The notes: generated by a model not told the origin, from the sequence alone. Positions 32,191 through 42,407 are shown, counted from the stretch's first letter. The stretch is DNA of 64,000 nucleotides from an uncultured cyanobacterium (GCA_963749915.1 CAVVOP010000021.1:384001-448000); one strand, 5' to 3'. Numbers and translations are program-made.

Positions 32191-33435
32191 TTAGGTGCCG
32201 ACAAAATTCATAGTGGTAGTGATGCGTTTCATGGCTTCGATGACGTTTTCCCGACTGTTAAAGGCACTAAGACGGAAATAACCTTCTCCTGCGGCACCAA
32301 AACCAGATCCAGGCGTGCCGACTACATTAACATTATGTAATAATTTGTCAAAGAAATCCCAACTAGATAAACCATTAGGTGTTTTCACCCATACATAAGG
32401 TGCATTGACTCCCCCATAAACCTTTAACCCTGCTTTGGTTAATTCTTCTCGAATAATTTGGGCATTTTCTAAATAAAATTTGACTAATTCCGCAATCTGT
32501 CGTTTACCCTCTTGGGAATAAACTGCTTCCGCTCCTCGTTGTACAATATAAGAAACACCATTAAATTTAGTGGATTGCCGACGATTCCAGAGTTTCCACA
32601 ATTCTACATTAGCACCATCTTCTGCTTTTCCTGTTAAATTTTTAGGTACAACGGTTAAAGCACAACGAGTACCGGTAAACCCTGCGTTCTTAGAAAATGA
32701 ACGAAATTCGATGGCACAATCCTTCGCCCCTTCAATTTCGTAGATAGAATGAGGCAAACTGGGATCGGTGATAAAGGCTTCATAGGCCGCATCGAAGAGA
32801 ATAATCGCCTCGTGTTTTTTGGCATATTTCACCCATGATTGTAAATACTCTTTAGTGGCGATGGCACCTGTGGGATTATTAGGGAAACAAAGATAAATCA
32901 AATCGACGGCTTCTGTGGGTAACTCAGCCGTGAAATTATTTTCGGCACTGATGGGGAGATAAACTAAGCCTTCGTACTCTCCTTTTTCATTAGCATCCCC
33001 CGTATGTCCAGCCATGACGTTAGTATCCACATAAACGGGGTAAACAGGGTCAGTTACAGCAATTTTGTTATTTTTGCCAAAAATATCGAGAATATTACCC
33101 GTATCGCACTTAGAACCATCGGAGATAAAGATTTCATCGGTGGATACATCACATCCTCTACTTTGAAAATCATGTTCAGCGATTTTTTCCCTTAACCAAC
33201 CGTAACCCTGTTCAGGTCCATAACCCTTAAAACTATTCCGATGGCCCATGTCTTCTACGGCTTTAATCATAGCATCACGACAAGCTTGAGGTAAAGGTTC
33301 GGTAACATCACCAATGCCTAATCTGATAATATTAGCGTTGGGGTTTTCTTGGGCAAAAACATTGACTCGTCTTGCGATTTCGGGGAATAAATAACCAGCC
33401 TTCAATTTTAAGTAATTATCGTTAATTCTAGCCAT
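32191..33435 (-). CDS. dapL: LL-diaminopimelate aminotransferase
   Basis: [30 protein letters not shown]. Confidence 0.96.
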   Translation of the reverse strand: MARINDNYLKLKAGYLFPEIARRVNVFAQENPNANIIRLGIGDVTEPLPQACRDAMIKAVEDMGHRNSFKGYGPEQGYGWLREKIAEHDFQSRGCDVSTDEIFISDGSKCDTGNILDIFGKNNKIAVTDPVYPVYVDTNVMAGHTGDANEKGEYEGLVYLPISAENNFTAELPTEAVDLIYLCFPNNPTGAIATKEYLQSWVKYAKKHEAIILFDAAYEAFITDPSLPHSIYEIEGAKDCAIEFRSFSKNAGFTGTRCALTVVPKNLTGKAEDGANVELWKLWNRRQSTKFNGVSYIVQRGAEAVYSQEGKRQIAELVKFYLENAQIIREELTKAGLKVYGGVNAPYVWVKTPNGLSSWDFFDKLLHNVNVVGTPGSGFGAAGEGYFRLSAFNSRENVIEAMKRITTTMNFVGT

Positions 33436-33492
33436 TATGAATATATGTTAAGGTTATCCCCACCAGTTTATCATTATGGGGAAAGGTTGCTG

Positions 33493-33574
33493 GATTAAAG
33501 AAGGCAGTCCCCATGAAAAAAAATTTTCACCATCAGAGATGAAAGTTGGCACTTTCAAGGCAGGAGGCAGGAGG
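33493..33574 (+). repeat. 82-bp direct repeat, copy 1
   Basis: gattaaagaaggcagt...gagatgaaagttggcactttcaag...ggaggcaggagg; three substitutions versus copy 2. Confidence 0.9.
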
Positions 33575-33702
33575 GAAAATTTTTAGACCACGAAAAAAGC
33601 CTTCTGCCTCGCCCGAAGGGCAGTTAAAAATAACCCCTAATTAAACAATTTTAGTTAAAATATCTTTTAGTTTTAGACAATTTTTATAATTTTATCTTAC
33701 CA

Positions 33703-34935
33703 ATGATTAACAGTTCATTCTTGATGGCTATGGCGATCGCTTTAATGTCTATGATATGGGTAGAATTGGTGAGAGACTGCTATCATTATTTAGCACATAT
33801 TTGGCAACCTTTGTATCGTTTACATTCATGGCATCATCGAGTATTTAAACCGGATTTATCTGTCAACAGCGAAACCATTTATCGTCAAGCCCACTGGTAT
33901 AACGATGTGCCGGAATCAATGGTCATGTTATTATTTAGTTTTGGTTTTGTGGCCATAGTTTTAACTCAGGGATTAATTGCCGTAGAATATCAGTGGTTGG
34001 CATGGATAGGATCAGTTTATACTTTAACCTTTACTGGGGGTGCGATCGCAAGGGGATTGGGGGTACCTCACGCAGACGAAATTACAGATGTTACCCACCG
34101 TCAAGGAGATTTTACCAGTATTCCTGCTAATTGGTTCGTGAATCGTTCATATCATTGGCGACATCATTTCGACGATCAAAACGCCTATTTTTGCGGTACA
34201 TTAACCATAGTCGATCGTATCATGGGCACGGCTTTGTCTTTAAAAGGTAAAAAAATCGCCGTCACTGGTGCCAGTGGGACATTAGGACGGGCATTAATTA
34301 AACAATTATATTTAAAAGGGGCAAAAGTTACCGCTCTGACATCTCAAGATCAAGAATTATTTATTAATTGTAAAAATGAGCAAATTCCCCTTAAAACTGT
34401 TATTTGGAAAATAGGAGAAGAATCTAGTTTAATTCCTATTTTCGAGAAAATAGATATTTTAATCATCAATCATGGCATTAACGTTCACGGAGAAAAAACT
34501 CCAGAAGCCATCGAAAAATCCTACGAAATTAACGCTTTTTCTGGTTGGCGTTTAATGGAATTTTTCTTAAAAACCGTGCAAAATAATAAAGACAAAGCCA
34601 CAAAAGAAATTTGGGTAAACACCTCCGAAGCCGAGGTAAACCCGGCCTTTAGTCCTCTTTATGAAATGAGTAAACGCACAATGGGAGATTTAGTCACCCT
34701 CAAACGAGTTAACCCCCCTTGTGTGATTCGTAAACTAATATTAGGCCCTTTTAAAAGTAACCTTAACCCCATTGGCATCATGGCGGCGGATTGGGTGGCT
34801 AAGCAAATTGTTAACTTAGCGGTGAGGGATTTCCGGGATATTATTATCACTATAAATCCTTTGACTTATATCACTTTCCCTTTTAAAGAATTGCTAATGT
34901 CAGCTTACTTTAAAGTCCTAACAAAGGATGATTAA
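33703..34935 (+). CDS. Bifunctional sterol desaturase/hydroxylase - short-chain dehydrogenase
   Basis: His boxes HYLAH, HSWHH, HWRHH; Rossmann VTGASGTLG; YEMSK. Confidence 0.88.
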   Translation: MINSSFLMAMAIALMSMIWVELVRDCYHYLAHIWQPLYRLHSWHHRVFKPDLSVNSETIYRQAHWYNDVPESMVMLLFSFGFVAIVLTQGLIAVEYQWLAWIGSVYTLTFTGGAIARGLGVPHADEITDVTHRQGDFTSIPANWFVNRSYHWRHHFDDQNAYFCGTLTIVDRIMGTALSLKGKKIAVTGASGTLGRALIKQLYLKGAKVTALTSQDQELFINCKNEQIPLKTVIWKIGEESSLIPIFEKIDILIINHGINVHGEKTPEAIEKSYEINAFSGWRLMEFFLKTVQNNKDKATKEIWVNTSEAEVNPAFSPLYEMSKRTMGDLVTLKRVNPPCVIRKLILGPFKSNLNPIGIMAADWVAKQIVNLAVRDFRDIIITINPLTYITFPFKELLMSAYFKVLTKDD

Positions 34936-35011
34936 AGAAGGCAGTCTCCATGAAAAAAAATTTTCATCATCAGAGATGAAAGTTGGCACTTTCAAGTCAG
35001 GAGGCAGGAGG
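34930..35011 (+). repeat. 82-bp direct repeat, copy 2
   Basis: Near-identical to 33493-33574; overlaps the stop codon of the desaturase-SDR gene. Confidence 0.9.
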
Positions 35012-35383
35012 AGGGCTAGCCTTTCGGGTGTAGGTTTTTAATATTTGGGCGAAGGTGAGACTTGGAAGAGGGGGAAGAGGGGGAAGATGGGGAAGACGGG
35101 GGAGAAAGTGTCAGATTTTAACGGATTTTTATATATTTTTAGCTTTTTTAAGTATAAATGCTTAAACAGCAAGCCTTTCAACCTTACTCGGCAAAATCTC
35201 GGTAATTCCACCAGTTGACAATGACTTTAGAGAAAGCTATCATCGTGGAAGAATAAGTTCAACAGTAGTTGATAGTCTGAATATAAAAATTTACTATCTA
35301 AGTTGATATTCACTTTCGCAGAAACTGTTGGGACTATTCTTCAAGTTATTAATCTGTACAATTCTTAGAAAACGGAACAAAAA

Positions 35384-36018
35384 ATGTCTAACAAATCATT
35401 CTTCAACACTAGGGTCGCAGTAGGGGCAATGGCTCTTGGTTTAGCTACCACAGCTTCTTTAATGGCTCAAAATCCTGCTGAAGCGGCAAATCTAAAATTT
35501 GTGGTCGATGGTACTTTTTTTGGTGGGGGAAGATCTTACAGGGAGTTTTCTCTATGACACCACTGCTGACACATACTCCAGCTGGAACTTAAGAAGTACC
35601 GCTGATACTATTTCTCAGGCCTCAGGTGATCTTGCGAATCCTTTTACCTACACCGAAACCTCAGCTCCTATTCCCAGTGGACTTAATAGTGCAACTCAAT
35701 TCTCTGTTCGTACAGGGAATTCCCCGACTCCTCGCCGAATTTTAAACTTATTCTTCGCTGATTCTTTAGCCGGTTTAAGTGTTGGTGACACCACTACTTT
35801 AATTCCATACGCCCTTGATGATGAGACGGGTGCTATTAGTGGTTCTAGAGATGCCTATTTTGCAGCCTGGGTTAAATCAAACAGCTGGTGTATTCGGTGG
35901 TACGCTTACTGCTACTGCCATCCCCGAACCCTTAACCATTTTAGGCACTTTCTTAGCCGGTGGTATTGGTGTGGGCATGAAGAGAAAGAAACAACAATTA
36001 GAAAAAGAAACCTGTTAA
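35384..36018 (+). pseudogene. PEP-CTERM sorting-domain surface protein with two +1 frameshifts
   Basis: Signal peptide MSNKSFF...PAEAA from ATG 35384; C-terminal IPEPLTILGTFLAGGIGVGMKRKK; frame changes at homopolymers near 35515-35529 and 35858-35861. Confidence 0.8.
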
Positions 36019-36299
36019 TTGATTAGTTAATTCTAAATCTTTTGTTAGGTGATGTATTTTTGATGATTAAGATGCTTTAAGAAATAAAATATTAAAGCAC
36101 TTAAATCGCAATTTCTGCTCAGTGCAAGTTTAATTTGTGTTGATCATAATAAAGGGGACTCAGAAGACCAATAAGTCTAAGTTTCCTCATTTTTTTTGAT
36201 CTTAAAAACGACTCTCTGGAGGGTAATTTAGAATAAAGACATGAAGAATTTAAAATAAAAATCAGCAAAGCCTAAATATGTTGTCAGTTTCTGTTTTAT

Positions 36300-37175
36300 C
36301 TATACTCGACGAGATAATGATAAATTGGCGATGGAAAGTATAAGAATAAAGACAAATAAGACTAAACCCATAGAAGAAGCATAACTAATATCTAACTCCT
36401 TAAAAGCCTTCTCGTAAAGATAGAAAACGATGGTTTTAGTGGCATTGCGAGGACCACCTTGAGTTAAAAGATAAATCTCCTCAAATACTTTTGTGGCACT
36501 AAGGGCAGAAATAACCGCCACGAGAAATATATAAGGTTTCATTAAGGGAATGGTGATATCCCAGTGTTTTTGCCAACCGTCAGAACCTTCGATGGCCGCC
36601 GCTTCGTATAATTCTGGTGATATACCCTGTAATCCTGCCAAATAAATAACCATGTAATATCCCAATCCCTTCCACACCGTAACAACCATCACACTCCATA
36701 TGGCCCAATCAGGACTCGTTAGCCAGGGAATGCCCTGCTCAAAACCGAAACTAAGCCAAAATTGGTTTAAAATACCATTTGACCAGTAAATTGCCTTCCA
36801 TGCTATTCCAGCCACCACCATAGAAATAACTACAGGTGTATAATAAGCTGTGCGAAACCAGTTAATCCCTTTAATTTTTTGATTGACTAAAATGGCTAAA
36901 AATAAGGATAAAATCACCAAAGGAGGCACCACCCCCACTAAATAGATGAGGGTATTTATCACCGCTTGACGGAATACTTTATCTTGGGATAATCGTTCAA
37001 AATTTGCCCAGCCTATCCATTGAGGTGCTTGGGTTAAGTCATACTCAAAACGGGTAAAACTAAGGGAAAAGGCTTGTATGGCAGGAAGAAAAACGATAAT
37101 CGATAAAACAATTAACGCCGGAAGTAAAAATAAATAAGGCTGTATTTTCCGGGGAAAATGAAAATTCTTGATCAT
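36300..37175 (-). CDS. Carbohydrate ABC transporter permease
   Basis: EAA motif LYEAAAIEGS; six transmembrane segments. Confidence 0.9.
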   Translation of the reverse strand: MIKNFHFPRKIQPYLFLLPALIVLSIIVFLPAIQAFSLSFTRFEYDLTQAPQWIGWANFERLSQDKVFRQAVINTLIYLVGVVPPLVILSLFLAILVNQKIKGINWFRTAYYTPVVISMVVAGIAWKAIYWSNGILNQFWLSFGFEQGIPWLTSPDWAIWSVMVVTVWKGLGYYMVIYLAGLQGISPELYEAAAIEGSDGWQKHWDITIPLMKPYIFLVAVISALSATKVFEEIYLLTQGGPRNATKTIVFYLYEKAFKELDISYASSMGLVLFVFILILSIANLSLSRRV

Positions 37176-37198
37176 AACTGTTAATTGTCAATTATCAA

Positions 37199-37999
37199 CT
37201 AACTGTTAATTAAATTTTGACCGTCAAAAACCCTGATCAAAGTACCTTTGGGGGGTAAATCTTGGGGTTTAACGGTGAGACGAGTACCTTGAATAATTTT
37301 GACATTAATCTCTGCTTCCTTCGCTAAATCCACAAATCTCTGCACTCCTTGTAAATCACATTGATCTGCCTCTGTGGCGCCAGTTAAATATTGAGTAGGA
37401 ATCATAATTTTCGGATTTAGGACTTTGATGGCTTCGATGGCTTCTTCAGCATTATAGGCTTTTGCACCACCGCCAACAGGCATTAAAGCTACATCAGGAG
37501 TTCCCATCAAGATTTTTTGCTCAATATTAATAGGTGAGGCGATACCCCCCAAATGCAAAATTTTTATTCCTCCTTGGGTCCATTTCCAAACGATGTTATC
37601 TCCAAATCTTCTACCTTTTTCTCGATCGTGAAAGGTTTTTATTCCCTGAAACTCAATATTTTTGACGTTGTAAACCCCTGCTTCCACCATTAATTCAGGA
37701 TTATTCGGCAAACCTGCCGCCGAACCTTCATCTAATAAACGGCTACTAATCATTACTAAATCGACTTGGGGTTTAGGTGCGGGATATTGGGCAGTACAAC
37801 CTAGAGGATTAAAAGGATTTACTAACACTCTCGCCTGATTATTAGCAAAAACAAAGGCACTATGACCCAACCACTGAATGGCAACACCCTGAGATGTATT
37901 TTGGGCCATCGCTTGTTGAGGGTGAGAATATCTGGCGGTTAAAAGAGTGGTTAAGACTCCACAACCGGTTAAACGAATCCAGTCACGACGATTAATCAT
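37199..37999 (-). CDS. Tat-exported metallo-beta-lactamase-fold protein
   Basis: NRRDWI twin-arginine signal; WLGHSAF; HDREKGRRFG; ILHLGG. Confidence 0.8.
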   Translation of the reverse strand: MINRRDWIRLTGCGVLTTLLTARYSHPQQAMAQNTSQGVAIQWLGHSAFVFANNQARVLVNPFNPLGCTAQYPAPKPQVDLVMISSRLLDEGSAAGLPNNPELMVEAGVYNVKNIEFQGIKTFHDREKGRRFGDNIVWKWTQGGIKILHLGGIASPINIEQKILMGTPDVALMPVGGGAKAYNAEEAIEAIKVLNPKIMIPTQYLTGATEADQCDLQGVQRFVDLAKEAEINVKIIQGTRLTVKPQDLPPKGTLIRVFDGQNLINS

Positions 38000-38061
38000 A
38001 TTAAATAGCTAAACAAAGGTCAAAACACAAAAGACGATTATTAATTGTTAATTGTTCACGG

Positions 38062-38655
38062 TCAATTATTAATAGATAGAAGAAAATTGCGTAATAATTG
38101 TAACCCAGAATCCGTTAAGATGCTCTCGGGATGGAACTGTACTCCTTCCACAAAAGAGTACTCTTTATGCTTAACACCCATGATAATTCCGTCATCTGTC
38201 CAAGCAGTTATTTCTAAAACTGGCGGAATGGTATCTTTGTCAATAATTAAACTATGATAGCGAGTAGCGGCAAAGGGATTTTTGAGGTCTTTAAATACCC
38301 CTAGGTTATTGTGATTGATGAGAGATGTTTTACCGTGCATTAAACTAGGCGCAGAAACTACTTTTCCCCCGTAGGCTTGACCGATAGTTTGATGTCCTAA
38401 ACACACTCCTAGGATAGGGTAATCTTGACCCAATTTTTGGACTAATTCTAAACAAATTCCTGCCGAATCGGGATTTCCCGGACCGGGTGAGATAACAATA
38501 CCATCAGGATTAAGGTTAATTATTTCTGTTACTGTAATTTGATCATTACGATACACTTTGATTTCTTCAGCAACGGAAAATTTCCGACTCAGTTCCCCTA
38601 AGTATTGGACGAGATTATATGTAAAACTGTCGTAGTTGTCGATAACCAAAATCAA
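38062..38655 (-). CDS. trpG: Anthranilate/aminodeoxychorismate synthase glutamine amidotransferase subunit
   Basis: IDNYDSFTYNL, SPGPG, GVCLGHQ, QFHPES. Confidence 0.93.
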   Translation of the reverse strand: MILVIDNYDSFTYNLVQYLGELSRKFSVAEEIKVYRNDQITVTEIINLNPDGIVISPGPGNPDSAGICLELVQKLGQDYPILGVCLGHQTIGQAYGGKVVSAPSLMHGKTSLINHNNLGVFKDLKNPFAATRYHSLIIDKDTIPPVLEITAWTDDGIIMGVKHKEYSFVEGVQFHPESILTDSGLQLLRNFLLSINN

Positions 38656-38677
38656 TCTGCTTTCTCCTCTGATAGAT

Positions 38678-39193
38678 TTAGATTGAGATTATTAAGTCTA
38701 TCGTACGAGGTAACAAAATAAAACCTGCTACTAACAAAGCGGCAATGGCAGAGATTAAAACGGCACCAGCAGAACAATCTTTGGCAATTTTTGCTAATTC
38801 ATGATAGGTTTGCTTCACGGTCAGATCCACCACTGATTCGATGGCAGTATTGAGTAATTCTAGAACCATTACAGTGGCACAGGTTAAAGAAATAATTGCC
38901 ATTTCTACGGTGGTAACATGGAGATAAAAACCGAGGCTTATAGCCACAGAAGCTATAACGGTATGAACCCGAAAATTACGCTGAGTTGCAAAAGAATATT
39001 TTACCCCTTGCCAAGCATATTTAAAACTAGCGAATAAATCTGGTGCTACTTTCCAAGCTAAATTACGTTTTTCCTTTTTATGAGAGTGATTCTTCCCCAA
39101 AAAATTATATCTCTCTCCCGACTTTAGGGTTTGTTCAGAAATATCATCACATAGAGCAGATTCTTTATTACTAATTAGTTGATACTTGGACAT
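38678..39193 (-). CDS. dgkA: Diacylglycerol/undecaprenol kinase
   Basis: QRNFRVH, ELLNTAIESVVDL, AKIAKDCSAGAV. Confidence 0.9.
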   Translation of the reverse strand: MSKYQLISNKESALCDDISEQTLKSGERYNFLGKNHSHKKEKRNLAWKVAPDLFASFKYAWQGVKYSFATQRNFRVHTVIASVAISLGFYLHVTTVEMAIISLTCATVMVLELLNTAIESVVDLTVKQTYHELAKIAKDCSAGAVLISAIAALLVAGFILLPRTIDLIISI

Positions 39194-39357
39194 TTTATTA
39201 AGTTTTGTTGAATAGTTTTTGATCGATTCTTCAGTATAAGCGGATCTTGGATTATTTACACACTGATGATGAAATTCTAGCTATTATTTTTCCTTAATAA
39301 ATATTTATTTTTTTTATCTTTTTTATAAGATTGATAAATAATACTAATTATCACCCA

Positions 39358-39876
39358 TCAAGAGAAAAAATCAGCGATTACTGGAGATTTTAAACCGATG
39401 GAATTAAGAAGAAACTCTTGCTTTCTCAGCATTTTCCTAAGAGAATCATCATCGGGATGATCCCACCCTAGAAGATGTAAAAAACCATGACTAGCTAACC
39501 ATGCCAATTCAATTTTTAAAGAATGTTTTTGCAATTGTGCCTGTTTTTGGGCAGTTTGTACGGAAATGATAATATCACCAAGAGTCACAGAGTCTATCAA
39601 ATCACTATCAGGAAAATCTGTTTCCAAGGCAGCAAAAGTTAACACATCCGTTGGCTGATTTTTATGACGAAATTGCTCATTTAAACTTTTAATTTCTTGA
39701 TCATCTGTAAATAAAAGGCTTATTTCATAGATTTTTTGTTTATCTAAGTCAATATCTAGAAGATTTAGCCATTTTTTAAGCCATTTGTGCCACTGTGATC
39801 CATCTATCGGTGATTTTTGATTATTTTCACTAAAAAATAAATCTTCTACATAGAGTTCAAGTTGATATTTGATCAT
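39358..39876 (-). CDS. ybeY: rRNA maturation RNase YbeY
   Basis: PTDVLTF, LGDIIIS, HGFLHLLGWDH. Confidence 0.95.
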   Translation of the reverse strand: MIKYQLELYVEDLFFSENNQKSPIDGSQWHKWLKKWLNLLDIDLDKQKIYEISLLFTDDQEIKSLNEQFRHKNQPTDVLTFAALETDFPDSDLIDSVTLGDIIISVQTAQKQAQLQKHSLKIELAWLASHGFLHLLGWDHPDDDSLRKMLRKQEFLLNSIGLKSPVIADFFS

Positions 39877-39915
39877 AAATTTATCTGTTTTCCGACAGAA
39901 GGTAATCCATAGTGT

Positions 39916-41184
39916 TTAATTGTTAATTGTTTCCCCGTCGCCAACAATAATTTGCTTGAGGGTGGTAAAGGTTTCAAGGCCGATCAATCCTCGACGAATT
40001 CCTTTTTGATTAGATATGCCCAAAAATATTGAATTACCACCTTGTGAATAACGATAAAAACAAGGGGAAGAATTGATATAAACTAAGGCACTGTCGGTTT
40101 CCATGGCAAAAATACGCCCTTCTTGATAGGAGTCGGTAACTAAACAATCAGCATGACCACTACTATATTCATTAATCCATGCGATCGCATCATTTAAGTC
40201 ATCCACCAAACGAAAAGCGATGGTTTTATCTAGGAAAGGTTGACCCCATTGACCGGGTTTAATTAAAGTTAGATATTCAGGAAAATCGGCCACTAAGAAT
40301 TCATCTCCCACAAGGTTAAATTTTTGTTCTTGAAGATGGTTAAACAGTCTGATAATAGAATTAGATTTTTGTTGTTTATTGATTAACACTTTTTCGATAG
40401 CATTGACTCGATCAGGAGTAGTGTTATAACTATCTATGATAACATGTCGAACGAGCTCTAAATTGTGACATAATGACCAGTATAAATAACAATTACCCAT
40501 CGCAGATTTTAACACTGGTACGGTGGCCATGGGAGCGACTTTGTTAACTAAACTAGGTCGGCCATAGGGGATAATTAAATTAAGATATTGATCTTGTGTG
40601 ACTAATTCCTCTATAGAGTAACCTTGTTCTGGGGGTAAAAACTGCACAGACAATGGAGGAAAATCAGCTTCTTCTAAGGCGACTTGTAAAACCTGGGCAA
40701 TAATAGAATTGGTATTACTAGTTTCACTGCTACCTCTTAAAATCAAACTATTGCCAGTTTTGATAGTCAGTCCCGTGGTAATAATCGCTAACTCTGGTAG
40801 GGCTTCATAAATGAAAGCAATAACCCCTAAAGGCATTAATTGGGAGTAATTTTGACAGTAAGTAACTTGATAAGGAGAATTGATTACTTTCTGCAAGGGA
40901 TCTGGTAGTTCTGCTAAAGTTTTTAGTATTTCTACCGTAGATTGAAGTCTTTGAGGAGTTAACTTAAGCCATTCCAAAATTAAATCAGGCACAGCCATTT
41001 CCTTGCTGATTTCTAAATCTAAGGTATTAGCTTGTAAAATATCATCAAAGCATTCTTGGAGCTTTTTCGCCATCTTGAACACAGCCTGAGAGCGTTCAAT
41101 GCCTTTCATACTACCCATTTGTACAAAGGCTTGGTGTGCCTTTTGTACTATAGAAGGAATTGATTGTAAGGGAGTTTGAGTCAT
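39916..41184 (-). CDS. proA: Gamma-glutamyl phosphate reductase paralogue (divergent ProA)
   Basis: PLGVIAFIYE, KTGNSLILRG, YSSGHAD; catalytic Cys motif apparently altered. Confidence 0.75.
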   Translation of the reverse strand: MTQTPLQSIPSIVQKAHQAFVQMGSMKGIERSQAVFKMAKKLQECFDDILQANTLDLEISKEMAVPDLILEWLKLTPQRLQSTVEILKTLAELPDPLQKVINSPYQVTYCQNYSQLMPLGVIAFIYEALPELAIITTGLTIKTGNSLILRGSSETSNTNSIIAQVLQVALEEADFPPLSVQFLPPEQGYSIEELVTQDQYLNLIIPYGRPSLVNKVAPMATVPVLKSAMGNCYLYWSLCHNLELVRHVIIDSYNTTPDRVNAIEKVLINKQQKSNSIIRLFNHLQEQKFNLVGDEFLVADFPEYLTLIKPGQWGQPFLDKTIAFRLVDDLNDAIAWINEYSSGHADCLVTDSYQEGRIFAMETDSALVYINSSPCFYRYSQGGNSIFLGISNQKGIRRGLIGLETFTTLKQIIVGDGETINN

Positions 41185-41194
41185 AGTGTTGATG

Positions 41195-41599
41195 TTAACG
41201 GCGAGAGGCTAACCAGAGGGAGAAGCACAGTAAGATCAAGATTGAACCTATAATAACACCAGAAATTAAGTTTGCTCCTACACGAAAGCTTATGAATAGG
41301 GGTGTTGATACCAAAATACAAAAGCAAAAACAGAGAAGACCCCACACAAAAAAACTTTCTTGCCAGGGTTTTTGTGCAGAAATCCAACGTTTTCCACTCC
41401 AGCGCCATCTTTTTTTGTAAGGATAACTCGGATTTAATTGTTCTATATACCCTTCTTTTTCTGCTACCACAAAAATTTGTTGACAGCGATCGCACCCCAT
41501 AGCCTCCGTTAAGATTATAGGTAATAATATTCCTCTGCGACGACAGGGACAAGGATATTTATGGTTTAAATCAATGGGATGGTTTTTTCCTAAACGCAC
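41195..41599 (-). CDS. Hypothetical membrane protein with CPC...CDRC zinc-ribbon-like motif
   Basis: YPCPCRRRG...EAMGCDRCQQIF, two C-terminal hydrophobic segments. Confidence 0.7.
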   Translation of the reverse strand: MRLGKNHPIDLNHKYPCPCRRRGILLPIILTEAMGCDRCQQIFVVAEKEGYIEQLNPSYPYKKRWRWSGKRWISAQKPWQESFFVWGLLCFCFCILVSTPLFISFRVGANLISGVIIGSILILLCFSLWLASRR

Positions 41600-41889
41600 G
41601 ATAAATTCTCAAGTCAAAAAAAAGCTAAATATTAACTACATTATAGAACCCATTTGCTGTCTATGCGATCGCAGCAAACCTCTTTAACATTGACCTAATA
41701 AGGCATAGATTTAAGGGTTTGGAAGACAACTGACTCAACAGAAATTATCCATAAATTAAACCATAGAACTGAAATTAGTAATAATAATTTTGAGTTCCTT
41801 GACTCATTCTACGATTTTTCAAACACACTCTCTCAGGTGAAGTTCAATTCTAACCGATTAATAAAACAAAAGAAGAATTGAAAATTTTC

Positions 41890-41905
41890 TGTTATTAAAG
41901 TTACA
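41890..41905. promoter_or_regulatory. Candidate NtcA-like site
   Basis: TGTTATTAAAGTTACA = TGT-N10-ACA, about 70 bp upstream of 41974. Confidence 0.3.
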
Positions 41906-41973
41906 AAAATGAAGAAATTTGTCCAGAAGATCTTAAAATTAAAGTAGATGATAATATAACGAGGTATCTTTTA

Positions 41974-42192
41974 ATGAGCACAGAAAATAAGGCCAGAGAA
42001 CTAATGGCAAAACAAAGACTCCATGAACAGCATGGGGAGGAAAACTTGTTGTCCTTAACGGAACAAGAATTACATGATCATCATTCTCAAAATGTAGAAG
42101 AAAAGGCGAGAGAGTTATTGGCCGAAAATCGCCAACATGACCACAATCTAGATGAAAAAATGGTTTCCCGTGCTGAACAAGAGTTAGTGTAA
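41974..42192 (+). CDS. Small two-repeat helical protein resembling the N-terminal helix of glutamine synthetase inactivating factor IF7
   Basis: Two copies of E.KAREL.A..R.H.....E...S..EQEL; GAGG upstream. Confidence 0.7.
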   Translation: MSTENKARELMAKQRLHEQHGEENLLSLTEQELHDHHSQNVEEKARELLAENRQHDHNLDEKMVSRAEQELV

Positions 42193-42364
42193 CAATTGGC
42201 AATTAGCAATTAACCATTAGTCATTAGCCGTTAGGAGTTAGGAATTGTAGATAGTACTGGCAACAAATATACAAATATATTTAAGTACTTGCAATTAAAT
42301 ACCCCCATTTTGTCAAACTCCAAAAACAAACAATTACAATTTATAAATTTTAAAAGTATTGTAT

Positions 42365-42407
42365 CTTAGGTGATCAAGCAGTTGTAGCCTTTGCCTGATC
42401 ACCTAAG
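42365..42407. promoter_or_regulatory. Strong stem-loop upstream of an AT-rich three-gene cluster
   Basis: CTTAGGTGATCAAGCA / TGCCTGATCACCTAAG (15 of 16 paired), 11-nt loop, no U-tract on the + strand. Confidence 0.5.

Noticed and set aside
35063..35106. GGGGAAGAN 9-mer tandem repeat
   Set aside because: Ordinary short tandem repeat; no spacers or coding evidence
41181..42202. Alternative ORFs 41181-41552, 41302-41502 and 41939-42202
   Set aside because: They overlap better-supported genes in other frames or strands
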